This document shows, piece after piece, positions 16,916-26,608 of a stretch of DNA of 32,000 nucleotides. The position numbers and the translations under genes were made by a program. This stretch comes from an archaeon. GTDB taxonomy: Archaea; Iainarchaeota; Iainarchaeia; Iainarchaeales; CSSED10-239. The notes under the pieces were generated by a model that was not told the origin of the DNA, did no database searches, and saw only the letters and a program-made list of their open reading frames with translations. The DNA is taken from the NCBI GenBank assembly GCA_037147375.1, contig JBAWVI010000001.1, forward strand, positions 10,678 to 42,677. Reading direction: 5' to 3'. Position 1 is the first letter of the stretch. Every line of letters starts with the position of its first letter.

Positions 16916-17040
16916 ATGTATCAGTATTTTTATTTATAATTTAATTTTTAAAATTAGAGTTAGAAATTATATTTGAATCATTTCTATATATATTACTTAA
17001 TAAAACATATTAAAAATATATTTATTGCTTTAATATTTAT

Positions 17041-17964
17041 ATGTCTGATAAACTTAAGGTATATTATCTTGGAACAAGCGCTTCCTCTCCTACAAAAACA
17101 AGAAACTTAACTTCTTTACTTATCAATTATAGGGGTAAGAACTATTTATTTGATAGCCCTGAAAATGTTCAACAACAAATAATGAAGGTTGGAGAAAGCT
17201 TACTAAAGATAGAAAACATATTTATTACTCATCTTCATGGAGACCATTATTTTGGGATTATAGGATTATTATCAACTATGCAACTAAACAATAGAGAAAC
17301 TCCAATAAATATCTTTGTTCCTGCAGGTCAGAAAAGATATTTTTTAGATTTTTTAAAAAGTGCAAGAATAAGAACCTTATTTGAAATAAATATAAATGAA
17401 CTTAAAGCAAATAATTCAATTAAAACAGAAGACTTAACAATTACTGCAATCGCACTTGTTCATTCAACTCCAACTCTTGGATATGTTTTCAAAATAAATG
17501 ACAAGATAGGTAAATTCAATAAGGATAAAGCAATTAAGCTTGGGATTCCTGAAGGTCCACTCTTTAGAAAATTACAAGAAGGTAAATCAATAAAAGTTGA
17601 TAAGAAAACAATTAAACCAAAAGATGTTATTGATTACTCTTTTAAGAAAATTGGAAAAAAGATTGCATATCTAACAGACACCGAACCTTTAAAGAAACCA
17701 CCAAAGATTTTACATGATTTAGATATTCTAGTTCATGAATCAACCTTTGGGCCAGAGTTTGCAATTCAAGCAAAAGAAAAGAAACACTCAGAAATTAGAG
17801 ATGTTATTTCTTTTTCAAAAAAAATAAAAGCAAAGAAAACTGTTCTTGTGCATTATTCTCAAAGATATAAAGATAAAGAAGAACTAAGTAAGGAACTAAC
17901 AAAGAATAAAACAATTACAATCGCAGAAGATCTTTCTTTTGAAATAATTGAGGATTTTAATTAA
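17041..17964 (+). CDS. rnz: ribonuclease Z (tRNA 3' endonuclease)
   Basis: YYLGTSASSPTKTRNLTSLLI...HLHGDHYFGIIGLL...LVHESTF...HYSQRY. This is the metallo-beta-lactamase HxHxDH with the flanks characteristic of RNase Z, at the short-form size of 307 aa. Confidence 0.85.
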   Translation: MSDKLKVYYLGTSASSPTKTRNLTSLLINYRGKNYLFDSPENVQQQIMKVGESLLKIENIFITHLHGDHYFGIIGLLSTMQLNNRETPINIFVPAGQKRYFLDFLKSARIRTLFEININELKANNSIKTEDLTITAIALVHSTPTLGYVFKINDKIGKFNKDKAIKLGIPEGPLFRKLQEGKSIKVDKKTIKPKDVIDYSFKKIGKKIAYLTDTEPLKKPPKILHDLDILVHESTFGPEFAIQAKEKKHSEIRDVISFSKKIKAKKTVLVHYSQRYKDKEELSKELTKNKTITIAEDLSFEIIEDFN

Positions 17965-17987
17965 AATAATTTGTTGAGATAAGTTGT

Positions 17988-18689
17988 ATGCCTTCAAAAA
18001 TTAATCATCCTGGTCTTAGATTAAGAAAAAAATCTCCTGTCCATGCTAAAGTTATTGATGAAAATACAGGTAGAAGAAAAAGAGATACAATAATTAAAAA
18101 AGAATTAGACTTATTTAAAACAATAAGTAAAGAATCTTGGGGGCAACCAGGAGAACAAGTTTTAGGATCAATTAAACCATTTTTATTTAAGGATATAACA
18201 AAAATAAGATCTTTGTATAAATCAACTAAAAAACCAGTTGATATTATGGTACTTGGTCCAGGAGAGGGTGCTGAAGTTTTATTCTTAAAAAGTTTTTTAG
18301 AAAACACACCAACTAATATAGATACCCTTGGGCTTTCTAATCATTTATCTGCTTCTTCAAATTCAAAAATAAGAAAAGATTATTCTCCAGATAATTTATC
18401 AGAAAGAAATACTTTTGATCATTTCAATCATCTAAGTCTTGTTAAAAAGTACAGTTATATTTATTCTCATCTAGGACCTGGATATTATACTCCTTATGCA
18501 GAAATTGCATTACTAAAAATTGCAAGTATGTTACGACCAGGTGGTTTTGCAAGGATACATGTTTTAGATACTAATCCTAATCTTAAAAAGAATATATTAG
18601 AATATCTTAATCAAAGAAGTGAAAAAAATAATATTAAGATAAAAGCATCTATATTTAATGATTGGATAGTTATTAAAAGATTAAAATAA
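17988..18689 (+). CDS. class I SAM-dependent methyltransferase-like protein with a basic N-terminal extension
   Basis: The motif I-like sequence VDIMVLGPGEGAEVLFL (GxGxG) and LRPGGFARIHV are typical of the Rossmann MTase fold. The N-terminus RLRKKSPVHAKVIDENTGRRKRD is strongly basic. The substrate is unknown. Confidence 0.45.
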   Translation: MPSKINHPGLRLRKKSPVHAKVIDENTGRRKRDTIIKKELDLFKTISKESWGQPGEQVLGSIKPFLFKDITKIRSLYKSTKKPVDIMVLGPGEGAEVLFLKSFLENTPTNIDTLGLSNHLSASSNSKIRKDYSPDNLSERNTFDHFNHLSLVKKYSYIYSHLGPGYYTPYAEIALLKIASMLRPGGFARIHVLDTNPNLKKNILEYLNQRSEKNNIKIKASIFNDWIVIKRLK

Positions 18690-18694
18690 GTTTT

Positions 18695-19387
18695 TCAACA
18701 ATATTTGTATCCTTTTCCAGGAGCAAGTACAACTGTTTTTATTTTATAATTAGTATCATCAAGCTTATATTTGATTTCTTGTGGATTTATTTTAATATCT
18801 TCAAATGTATCATAATGCATTGGGATTAAAACTTCAGGTCTCATTTTCTTTGCAACCCTAATTGCTGTGCCCATATCCATTGTTCTTTTTCCTCCAATTG
18901 GAAGAAGTGCAATGTTTGGTTTTATTTTTTCCTGATCACGTGTCATGTAAGTATCTCCAGCAAAATAAATTGTTTTATTATTTTTATTTTTAATTAAAAA
19001 ACTTAAAGGATAAAATGATGTTGGATGATGTGCCGGATATGCATAAAATGAAATATCATTAACTAACTTGGTTTCAAATTCATCGATTGGAACCTTGCAT
19101 TGATTAGGTGTATCTATTTTATTTAGGATACTATGGTGTGCAATAATCTTTGGATTGAACTTTTTAACAAGATAATTTATACTTTCAAGATCAAATGAAT
19201 CCATGTGTTCATGGCTAATTAAGATAGAATCTAATTTTTTAATATCACTTGACTTATGAGAACATGGAATTAGTCTTTTATACTGTCCAAGTGAGGTATC
19301 TCCAAAATATGGGTCAGTTAATATCATTTTATTATCAATCTCCATTAAAAATGAAGAGTGTCCAAGATATTTAATGTTTATTCCCAT
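18695..19387 (-). CDS. metallo-beta-lactamase-fold hydrolase, paralogue of 5703..6365
   Basis: MGINIKYLGHSSFLM...LTDPYFG...ILISHEHMDSFD...IYFAGDT...IPMHYDTF is collinear with the UPF0173 protein at 5703. I preferred ATG 19387 over the upstream TTG at 19435 in the ORF track. Confidence 0.7.
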   Translation of the reverse strand: MGINIKYLGHSSFLMEIDNKMILTDPYFGDTSLGQYKRLIPCSHKSSDIKKLDSILISHEHMDSFDLESINYLVKKFNPKIIAHHSILNKIDTPNQCKVPIDEFETKLVNDISFYAYPAHHPTSFYPLSFLIKNKNNKTIYFAGDTYMTRDQEKIKPNIALLPIGGKRTMDMGTAIRVAKKMRPEVLIPMHYDTFEDIKINPQEIKYKLDDTNYKIKTVVLAPGKGYKYC

Positions 19388-19527
19388 ACTAATATTAAGG
19401 TACCATCTTTTATTTAAACACTTGCTGTAAGACAAGTTTTTATATTTAATGATATGTTATTTAAATCTATTTGTATATATAATATAGTATTACTAAGTAT
19501 TTTCTTTGCTAAAATTGGGGTTAACAC

Positions 19528-20334
19528 ATGAAAAATAAATATATTTCAAGTATAATTTTAATTTTAATGCTTTTTGTGTTTATTTTACCAAGTATTAATG
19601 CAGCAAAACTTGGAAATTATGAGGTATCTATTTATTTAGATTCTCCAAATTCAGCACACATTGTTGAAAATTGGTATATTGAATATAATTATTTAAATCT
19701 CAAAGATTTAGGTGATTTTAAAACAAGCATTATGGAAGCTAGCCTAGATCGAGCAGAATTAATAGCTATTGATCCTAATTTAAAACCACATATATATATT
19801 TCACAACCACCAGTATTTTCAATTAAATTTGATGATGTTAAAAATTTAGTTACTTTAGATTATACAATAAATGATTTAGTATTAATTAATTATTTTGAAA
19901 ATAAAGATGAAATATTGTGGCAATTTAATTCAAATCTATTAAGTCAGTTTGTAATTAATGATTTGTATTCTATTCCAAAGGAATCAAATATTGCAATTTG
20001 GTTTTATGATCCATTAACTATTGATGATCCAGCTCCAGGTGTAGTAGAAATAAATAAACTTTATTTATCAGGATTTACATCAAATCAAATAAAAATAATT
20101 GCACTTGAAATGAAACCAACTGAGCAAAGCTTTATTTTTGGTAATATGTTTAAGGATATGGGTCAAAAAGGACTTTATAATTATTTAATAATTATAATTA
20201 TATTAATTATAGTTATGTTTATATTTAGAAAAAAATTAAGATCTAAGTTTAAGAAATTTGTAATTTCAAAATCAGTAATTGAACCAAGAAAAGTTAAAAA
20301 GGACTTTTTTGAAGATGAAATTATTGAAGAATAA
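19528..20334 (+). CDS. hypothetical type I membrane/surface protein
   Basis: It has an N-terminal signal-like peptide (MKNKYISSIILILMLFVFILPSINA|AK), an ectodomain of about 190 aa, one C-terminal TM helix (LYNYLIIIIILIIVMFIF) and a charged cytoplasmic tail. GGGGT lies upstream. Confidence 0.55.
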   Translation: MKNKYISSIILILMLFVFILPSINAAKLGNYEVSIYLDSPNSAHIVENWYIEYNYLNLKDLGDFKTSIMEASLDRAELIAIDPNLKPHIYISQPPVFSIKFDDVKNLVTLDYTINDLVLINYFENKDEILWQFNSNLLSQFVINDLYSIPKESNIAIWFYDPLTIDDPAPGVVEINKLYLSGFTSNQIKIIALEMKPTEQSFIFGNMFKDMGQKGLYNYLIIIIILIIVMFIFRKKLRSKFKKFVISKSVIEPRKVKKDFFEDEIIEE

Positions 20335-20381
20335 ATAAATCAAAATTTATTTAATTTTATACTTAAATTACGTGATATATA

Positions 20382-21866
20382 ATGGTTGTTACATTTACAA
20401 AGATAGATAAGGATGTTTATGAATATATTTTAAACAAAAAAAATATTGATTTAGATATCTTAATTAATAAACTTAAATTAGATTCTGATTCTATTAGAAG
20501 ATCAATTGAATTTTTAAAATCAGAAAATATAATCTCTGAAGAAATAAATAAAACCGATATATATGAACTCTCTGATATTGGTGAAAAAGCAATAAATGGA
20601 AATTTACTTGAAGATCTTTTTTGTAAATCACTAGTTGGTAAGGAAATTAACGTATCTAATCTTAAAGATTTAAAGATTAGTGATTTATCAAACGAAGACA
20701 TTTCACTTGCGTTTGGGATTGCAAAAAGAAGCAATCTAATTATAATAGATAATGGATTAATTAAACTTACTGTTGATTATAAAGAAAATATTAATAAAAC
20801 AATACATCAATTAAATCAAATTAAATCAAACCTAGTTTCAAGTATATCTAATGATGAACTAAATGAATTTATAAAAAGAAAATTAATTCTTAAGAAGCAA
20901 ACTACAAAAAAGAATTATTCTTTTTTAAAAGAAGTAAGTTTCAAGGTTGATGATGATTATGTTCTTGAACTAACATCAACAATTATTAAATCAAAAAATT
21001 TTTCTGATATTAAGTTTAAAGAATATGATGTTTCAGTTCTTCCAGCTCCAAAGGAAATTGGAAGATATCATCCATTACGTGAAATAATAAACACAATTAA
21101 ACAGGTTTATATGGAAATGGGATTTCAAGAAATGAGAGGACCATACGTTGAAACTTCTTTTTGGCCAATGGATGCAATGTTTATTTCTCAAGATCATCCA
21201 ATGAGAGATATTCAGGATACTTATTATCTACCAATCTCTGGAGATTTACCTGATAAGAGATTAGTTAAAAAGATTTCTGAGATGCATAAGAATGGTGGGA
21301 AAACCGGATCTACTGGTCACAGATATGATTGGAAAGAAGATATTGCTTCTCAATTAGTATTAAGACCACACACAACAGCTGTAACCTATAGAACATTTTA
21401 TGCTCTTGAAAATAAGGATGAAGCAAAATATTTCAGTGTTGGTAAAGTTTTTAGGAATGAAACCTCAAATTCATCTCATTTACCTGAATTCCATCAAGCA
21501 GAAGGTTTTGTAATTGGAAAGGATATTGGTCTTGCAGAACTTATGGGATTTATTAAAGAGTTCTCAAGTAAATTAGGTTTAAAGAAAATTAAATTTAAAC
21601 CAACTTATAATCCATACACAGAACCAAGTGTTGAAGCATCTGCATACTATGAAAAAGAAAAAAGATGGATGGAATTTATTAATGCTGGTGTTTTTAGAAG
21701 AGAAGCGCTTGAGCCGTATAAGATAAAGAATAATGTAATTGCATGGGGCCTTGGAATTGAAAGAGTAGCTATGTTATTACATCAAAAATCCATAAAAGAA
21801 ATTTATGGAGATGACTGTAATCTTGATTGGCTAAGAACATATAAGATTGCAGATAAAAAATTATAA
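20382..21866 (+). CDS. pheS: phenylalanine--tRNA ligase alpha subunit (archaeal/eukaryal type)
   Basis: Class II motif 2 is KVFRNETSNSSHLPEFHQAEGF and motif 3 is AWGLGIERVAMLL. There is a long N-terminal winged-helix-repeat extension. 494 aa. Confidence 0.9.
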   Translation: MVVTFTKIDKDVYEYILNKKNIDLDILINKLKLDSDSIRRSIEFLKSENIISEEINKTDIYELSDIGEKAINGNLLEDLFCKSLVGKEINVSNLKDLKISDLSNEDISLAFGIAKRSNLIIIDNGLIKLTVDYKENINKTIHQLNQIKSNLVSSISNDELNEFIKRKLILKKQTTKKNYSFLKEVSFKVDDDYVLELTSTIIKSKNFSDIKFKEYDVSVLPAPKEIGRYHPLREIINTIKQVYMEMGFQEMRGPYVETSFWPMDAMFISQDHPMRDIQDTYYLPISGDLPDKRLVKKISEMHKNGGKTGSTGHRYDWKEDIASQLVLRPHTTAVTYRTFYALENKDEAKYFSVGKVFRNETSNSSHLPEFHQAEGFVIGKDIGLAELMGFIKEFSSKLGLKKIKFKPTYNPYTEPSVEASAYYEKEKRWMEFINAGVFRREALEPYKIKNNVIAWGLGIERVAMLLHQKSIKEIYGDDCNLDWLRTYKIADKKL

Positions 21867-21881
21867 TTAAATTGATTGATT

Positions 21882-23534
21882 ATGGCAAACCTTGAAATTA
21901 GTTTTGAAACTATTAAAAAAGAAATAAAAAGAAATAATCTAACAATCGATGAGCTATCAGACATTCTTTTTGATTTTGGACTTGAAATAGATTCTTATGA
22001 TAAGGATACAGATGAAGTAAAGATAGAAATAACTGCAGAAAGGATAGATCTTTTGTCTGTTGATGGTTTCCTTCGTTCATTAAAAGCATATCTTGGGATT
22101 AAAGAATGCCCAATCTATCACGCAAAAGATTCTGGACTTGTTGTTAATGTTTTAGGAAGCGCAAGAGAATACGGTAATTACACAATGTGTGCAATTGTTA
22201 AAAACTTAACACTTACTGAAGAAAAAATAAAAGAAATAATAAATATTCAAGAAAAATTACATTTAACTTATTGTAGAAAAAGAAAATCTGCAGCTATTGG
22301 AGTTTATCCACTTGAAAAGATAAAATTTCCAATAACCTTCCTTGCAGAAGATCCAAAAAAAATTAAATTTATTCCTCTTGGAGAAACAAAAGAGCTTACT
22401 GGAGAGCAAATATTAACTGAACATGAAACTGGAAAGGAGTATGCAACTCTAGTTTCTGGAAAAAAGAAATATCTTATATTCCTTGATTCAAATAATCAAG
22501 TATTGTCTATGCCACCAATAATTAATTCAGAAAGTACAGGAAGAGTAACAGAGCACACAAAAGAAGTGTTTATTGAATGTACTGGTCAAAATCTTATTAA
22601 GCTCAAATATATAATTTCAATTCTTACAACTGTGTTTTCAGATCTTGGAGGAGAAGTTTATTCACTTACAATTAATTATTCTGATGGAGCAAAGATTGTT
22701 TCTCCAGATTTAACTTATGAGAAAAGAATTATTTCAATAAAAGGTGCAAATAAGATTTTAGGTACAGACGTAACTCCTGAAACATCAATTAACTTACTTA
22801 AGAAGATGTGTTATCAATCTAAAGTAATTGATAAGGATAAAGTTGAGGTATTAATTCCTCCATTCAGGTCTGATGTATTACATGATTATGATATTTATGA
22901 TGATTTAGGAAGAGCTTATGGTTTTTCAAACATCAAGCTCAAAGAACCAAAAATCTTTACTGTTGGTGGGCTTGATGAAACCACAGAAAAGCAAGATAAT
23001 ATAATTAAATTAATGACTGGTATGGGATTTTGTGAGGTTATGCCACTTTCATTATCCTCAAAGAAGCAATCCTTTGAGAATTTCAATCTTTCTGGAAATA
23101 ATTACATAGACCTTGGGTTCTCTGCAGATTCAAATTTAAATATAGTTTCAAATTGGTTAATTCCTAAATTATTTGTAGTTCTTTCAAATAATCAGCATAG
23201 AAGTTATCCACAAAAAATATTTTCTTGTGATGAAGTAGTGCTTTTTGATAGAACACTTGAAACAAGATCAAAGAACGTTCTTCACACAGCATGCCTTATT
23301 GCAAACACAACAGTTACATTTACAGAAGTTTCAAGCATACTTCTTGCTCTTTGTAATTCACTTGGACGTGAATTAAAACTTGAGAAAGATAATTTTCCAT
23401 ATTACATTAAAGGAAGAAGCGCAAAAATAATTATTGATGGAAAGAACGTAGGAACAATTGGAGAATTTTCTCCAGATGTTTTAATAAAGAACAATTATCA
23501 AACCCCTGTTTGCGGTTTTGAGATAGAAATATAA
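21882..23534 (+). CDS. pheT: phenylalanine--tRNA ligase beta subunit (archaeal/eukaryal type)
   Basis: It lies immediately downstream of pheS and is about 550 aa. The B3/4-like and B5-like regions (PPFRSDVLHDYDIYDDLGRAYGF) and the C-terminal class II-like core are typical of archaeal PheT. I preferred ATG 21882 over the TTG at 21876. Confidence 0.85.
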   Translation: MANLEISFETIKKEIKRNNLTIDELSDILFDFGLEIDSYDKDTDEVKIEITAERIDLLSVDGFLRSLKAYLGIKECPIYHAKDSGLVVNVLGSAREYGNYTMCAIVKNLTLTEEKIKEIINIQEKLHLTYCRKRKSAAIGVYPLEKIKFPITFLAEDPKKIKFIPLGETKELTGEQILTEHETGKEYATLVSGKKKYLIFLDSNNQVLSMPPIINSESTGRVTEHTKEVFIECTGQNLIKLKYIISILTTVFSDLGGEVYSLTINYSDGAKIVSPDLTYEKRIISIKGANKILGTDVTPETSINLLKKMCYQSKVIDKDKVEVLIPPFRSDVLHDYDIYDDLGRAYGFSNIKLKEPKIFTVGGLDETTEKQDNIIKLMTGMGFCEVMPLSLSSKKQSFENFNLSGNNYIDLGFSADSNLNIVSNWLIPKLFVVLSNNQHRSYPQKIFSCDEVVLFDRTLETRSKNVLHTACLIANTTVTFTEVSSILLALCNSLGRELKLEKDNFPYYIKGRSAKIIIDGKNVGTIGEFSPDVLIKNNYQTPVCGFEIEI

Positions 23535-23554
23535 TTTAAACTAGGTTTTATTAA

Positions 23555-25087
23555 ATGAATAATAAATTAATAACTAATATTCCAAATAAATTTTATATAA
23601 CAACTCCAATTTATTATGCAAATGGACGTTTTCATCTTGGTCATGCGTACACAACCATAGCTGCAGATGTATTTACTAGATATTATCGTCTTCTTGGTAC
23701 AGATGTTTTTTTCTTAACAGGTACAGATGAGCATGGACTTAAGGTTTCTCAAACAGCACAAGATGAAGGTGTACCTGTACAACAATATATAGATAATTTA
23801 ATTAACGATGTAAAGAAATCATGGAAAGAACTAGATATCTCTTATAATAATTTTATTAGAACAACAGACAATGCACATATTGAATTTGTAAAATCAATTG
23901 CAAAAAAAATGTTTGATAACGGAGACATTTATTTTGGGGAATATGAAGGTTATTATTGTAAGGGTTGTGAATCCTTCTATACAGAAAAAGATTTAGTTAA
24001 TACTAAGTGTCCAGAAGGACACCCCGTTACTCTTGAAAAAGAAAAAGCTTACTTTTTCAAACTAACTAAATATCAAGATTGGTTACTTGATTATATTGAA
24101 AAAAATTCAAAGTTCTTACAACCAGAATCTAATAGAAATGAAATTATTGCATTTTTAAAAAGAGGGCTTCAAGATTTATGTATTTCAAGAGAAAAAGTTT
24201 CTTGGGGTATACCTTTTCCTCCTGATGAAAAATACACAATTTATGTTTGGCTTGATGCATTATTCAATTATGTTTCTGGTCTTGGAGGATTTGAAAGTAA
24301 TAATTTTAAAAAATACTGGCAGCCAGATTTACAATTAATGGGTAAAGAAATATTTAGATTTCATGCAATTTATTGGCCTATCTTCTTACATTCACTTGAT
24401 TATCCACTTCCAAAAATTATTTTTGCTCATGGATGGTGGACTAGTGAAGGACAAAAAATGTCTAAATCATTCAATAATATGATTTACGCAGAAGATTATA
24501 CAAGTAAATATGGTGTAGATACATTTAGATATTATCTACTAAGAGAAGTTTCATTTGGTTCTGATGGATCATTTTCTAAAAAAACATTTGTAGATAGAAT
24601 TAATCATGATCTTGTATCTGAAATTGGTAATCTTTATTCTAGAGTATTAACTCTTGCACAAAAGAAAAACCAAGATACTGGATATAAATATTATAAAGAT
24701 GAACTTGGAAGCAAGATTGAAGAAAGAATTAAATCTATTCACGAAAAATATCAAGCAATTGATTTAACAAGAGCATTATTTGATGTATTTGAAATTGCAT
24801 CTTTTGCAAATAAGTATGTTCAAGAAAATAAACCTTGGGAATTAATTACAACTAACCCTGAAAAGTTTGATCAGGTTATGTACTCACTTTTAGAAACATT
24901 AAGAATCTTAGCACTTGAGTTATCTCCATTCTTAACAAGTAAATGGAAGGTTGCTTTTGAGCAATTAGGACTTGACATAAACAACCAAGATCACAAGATA
25001 CTTGAATATACAAATATAATGGAAAATAAGATTGTAAAACGTGGAGAATATCTTTTTGAAAAAGTTGATGAAGAAAAAAAGATTTAA
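23555..25087 (+). CDS. metG: methionine--tRNA ligase (minimal form without a C-terminal tRNA-binding/dimerisation domain)
   Basis: The HIGH motif is HLGHAYT and KMSKS is present. The connective-peptide zinc knuckle is CKGCESF...KCPEGHP. At 510 aa it ends shortly after the anticodon-binding helical domain. Confidence 0.9.
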   Translation: MNNKLITNIPNKFYITTPIYYANGRFHLGHAYTTIAADVFTRYYRLLGTDVFFLTGTDEHGLKVSQTAQDEGVPVQQYIDNLINDVKKSWKELDISYNNFIRTTDNAHIEFVKSIAKKMFDNGDIYFGEYEGYYCKGCESFYTEKDLVNTKCPEGHPVTLEKEKAYFFKLTKYQDWLLDYIEKNSKFLQPESNRNEIIAFLKRGLQDLCISREKVSWGIPFPPDEKYTIYVWLDALFNYVSGLGGFESNNFKKYWQPDLQLMGKEIFRFHAIYWPIFLHSLDYPLPKIIFAHGWWTSEGQKMSKSFNNMIYAEDYTSKYGVDTFRYYLLREVSFGSDGSFSKKTFVDRINHDLVSEIGNLYSRVLTLAQKKNQDTGYKYYKDELGSKIEERIKSIHEKYQAIDLTRALFDVFEIASFANKYVQENKPWELITTNPEKFDQVMYSLLETLRILALELSPFLTSKWKVAFEQLGLDINNQDHKILEYTNIMENKIVKRGEYLFEKVDEEKKI

Positions 25088-25088
25088 T

Positions 25089-25973
25089 TTATAATCTTCT
25101 AAGATAATGAAATCCAGATGTTTTTGATCCTGGTTTCTTATATCCACTAGCCTTGTATGCAGCTTTGTGCATTCCAGTTCCATTAGTAATTATCTGTTGT
25201 CTTTCTTCTTCAATTATTTTTTTAATCTTTTCAGTACGATTAAATTGATCAGATACAGTTAATTTTCCTTTCTTGATTAATCTTCTAAATACTACACCAT
25301 CATTTGGATTTTTATATCCATGATGAAATTTAGGATCTAGTGCAATTGTTTGTTCTTTACCTGGAAATGCTTCTTTAATACAGTTTATTGCTATGTTTAA
25401 AAAAGGAATTTTTTGTTTTTTAGAAAAATAATCTATTCTTTCCTTGTCATTTCCTTGCATGTTTCCAATAATCATTGATGGTTCTTTATTCTTATTAAAA
25501 TATAAATCAAAATTAAGTGTTGCAACAGTATTATTGATTTCCATTTTTTTATCATTAATATCAAATATCTTAAAATTTAAATTAAATGGGATATCACCGA
25601 TAAGATACAAGTAAGCTTTAAGCTTTCTTTGTTTAAATGTTTTATCTAGTTTTTCAAAGGAATCAATAAATTGTTCCATAATTATTAATTTTACTTTCTT
25701 GCTATTATTTATAGAATGTTTCAATTTATTATATTCAAATATTTGGCGACTAGCATTTGTGTGACCAAGCTCACTCCAAAGGAAACTTAAATTATCATCT
25801 CTAGTTATTGAAGATGGAAGTAATATCTTGCTGTATCTTTGTAAAAGTTTAATTTCTTTAGTTGGTACTGGTTTATTTTGTAATCCAATAAAAGAGCTTA
25901 TGCTTAATGGACTTATATTTAATTTTAAAAGGATTTGTTTTGCATTTTCATAAGAAATAGTGTTTGCAACCAT
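25089..25973 (-). CDS. hypothetical protein (possible distant paralogue of 6379..7137)
   Basis: 294-aa ORF convergent with metG, with the stop codons 1 nt apart. No motif recognised. The C-terminus is basic. Confidence 0.5.
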   Translation of the reverse strand: MVANTISYENAKQILLKLNISPLSISSFIGLQNKPVPTKEIKLLQRYSKILLPSSITRDDNLSFLWSELGHTNASRQIFEYNKLKHSINNSKKVKLIIMEQFIDSFEKLDKTFKQRKLKAYLYLIGDIPFNLNFKIFDINDKKMEINNTVATLNFDLYFNKNKEPSMIIGNMQGNDKERIDYFSKKQKIPFLNIAINCIKEAFPGKEQTIALDPKFHHGYKNPNDGVVFRRLIKKGKLTVSDQFNRTEKIKKIIEEERQQIITNGTGMHKAAYKASGYKKPGSKTSGFHYLRRL

Positions 25974-26017
25974 AATCCCTCAGAAATTTAAAATTATGAT
26001 AAAGAAAAAAAGAAGAT

Positions 26018-26413
26018 TTAGTTCTTCTTTCTTACAATTCTAACTTGATCTCCAGCTTTGATGTATTCTATTTCATCTCCAGAGTTAAGGTTATTAAATT
26101 CTCTTTTTTCAACCTCATATGTCTGGTAATCAGCTACATCCATCATCTGGTATTTTTCTACAAGATCAGCAATTATTTGACCATTGCCCTTATCAAGGAT
26201 TGGAACTTCTGTGTCTGTTTGTGTTCCTTTTAAAAAATTCATTTTCTTATCATTAAAAACACCTGTTGCAACCATTCTTGCTTTTGCTGCACCGTGCTTA
26301 CCTGGTTTTGATTTATCAATAGAATCTATCTTACAAACAACACCTTCAATTAAGATATATTGTCCTTCTTTGATTTTTCCAACTTGTTCGAATCTAATTT
26401 GTACTTCTGCCAT
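26018..26413 (-). CDS. eif5a: translation initiation factor 5A (aIF5A)
   Basis: It has the hypusine-loop signature SKPGKHGAAKARMV, an N-terminal SH3-like barrel and a C-terminal OB domain. 131 aa. Confidence 0.9.
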   Translation of the reverse strand: MAEVQIRFEQVGKIKEGQYILIEGVVCKIDSIDKSKPGKHGAAKARMVATGVFNDKKMNFLKGTQTDTEVPILDKGNGQIIADLVEKYQMMDVADYQTYEVEKREFNNLNSGDEIEYIKAGDQVRIVRKKN

Positions 26414-26608
26414 ATTTACTCACCATTATTTAAATTTTTAATATAAATTAGTACTACTAACCTATATATTAAGGGTAAGTAGTAATTAAAAAGCTTTTCT
26501 TGCTTGATTTTTTATATAAAGCTAAGGTTTAATACTATAAATTTAATTTATAAACCTTATGGTAATATATATTATAGTTAATTTCAAGATAATTCATGGT
26601 GAATTTAT

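Noticed and set aside
18005-18307. 100-aa minus-strand ORF
   Set aside because: It is antisense to the MTase-like gene, which has the better motif content (GxGxG, LRPGG). It has no SD or promoter context.
20417-20734. 105-aa minus-strand ORF
   Set aside because: It is antisense to the PheRS alpha N-terminal extension, with a Ser/Leu/Ile/Phe-rich shadow frame.
24965-25183. 72-aa minus-strand ORF spanning the metG/25089 junction
   Set aside because: It overlaps the 3' ends of two better-supported convergent genes and is low-complexity.
26045-26441. Plus-strand ORFs 26045..26233 and 26184..26441
   Set aside because: Both are antisense to aIF5A, which carries an unmistakable hypusine-loop signature.
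26452-26484. Imperfect hairpin in the aIF5A/membrane-protein divergent intergenic region: tactact(a)acc, 9-11 nt loop, ggt(a)agtagta
   Set aside because: It has 7 perfect bp plus 3-4 more across a mismatch, is AT-rich, and sits in a promoter region rather than after a gene. Such hairpins arise by chance at this composition, and I saw no C/D or H/ACA box or other RNA signature.
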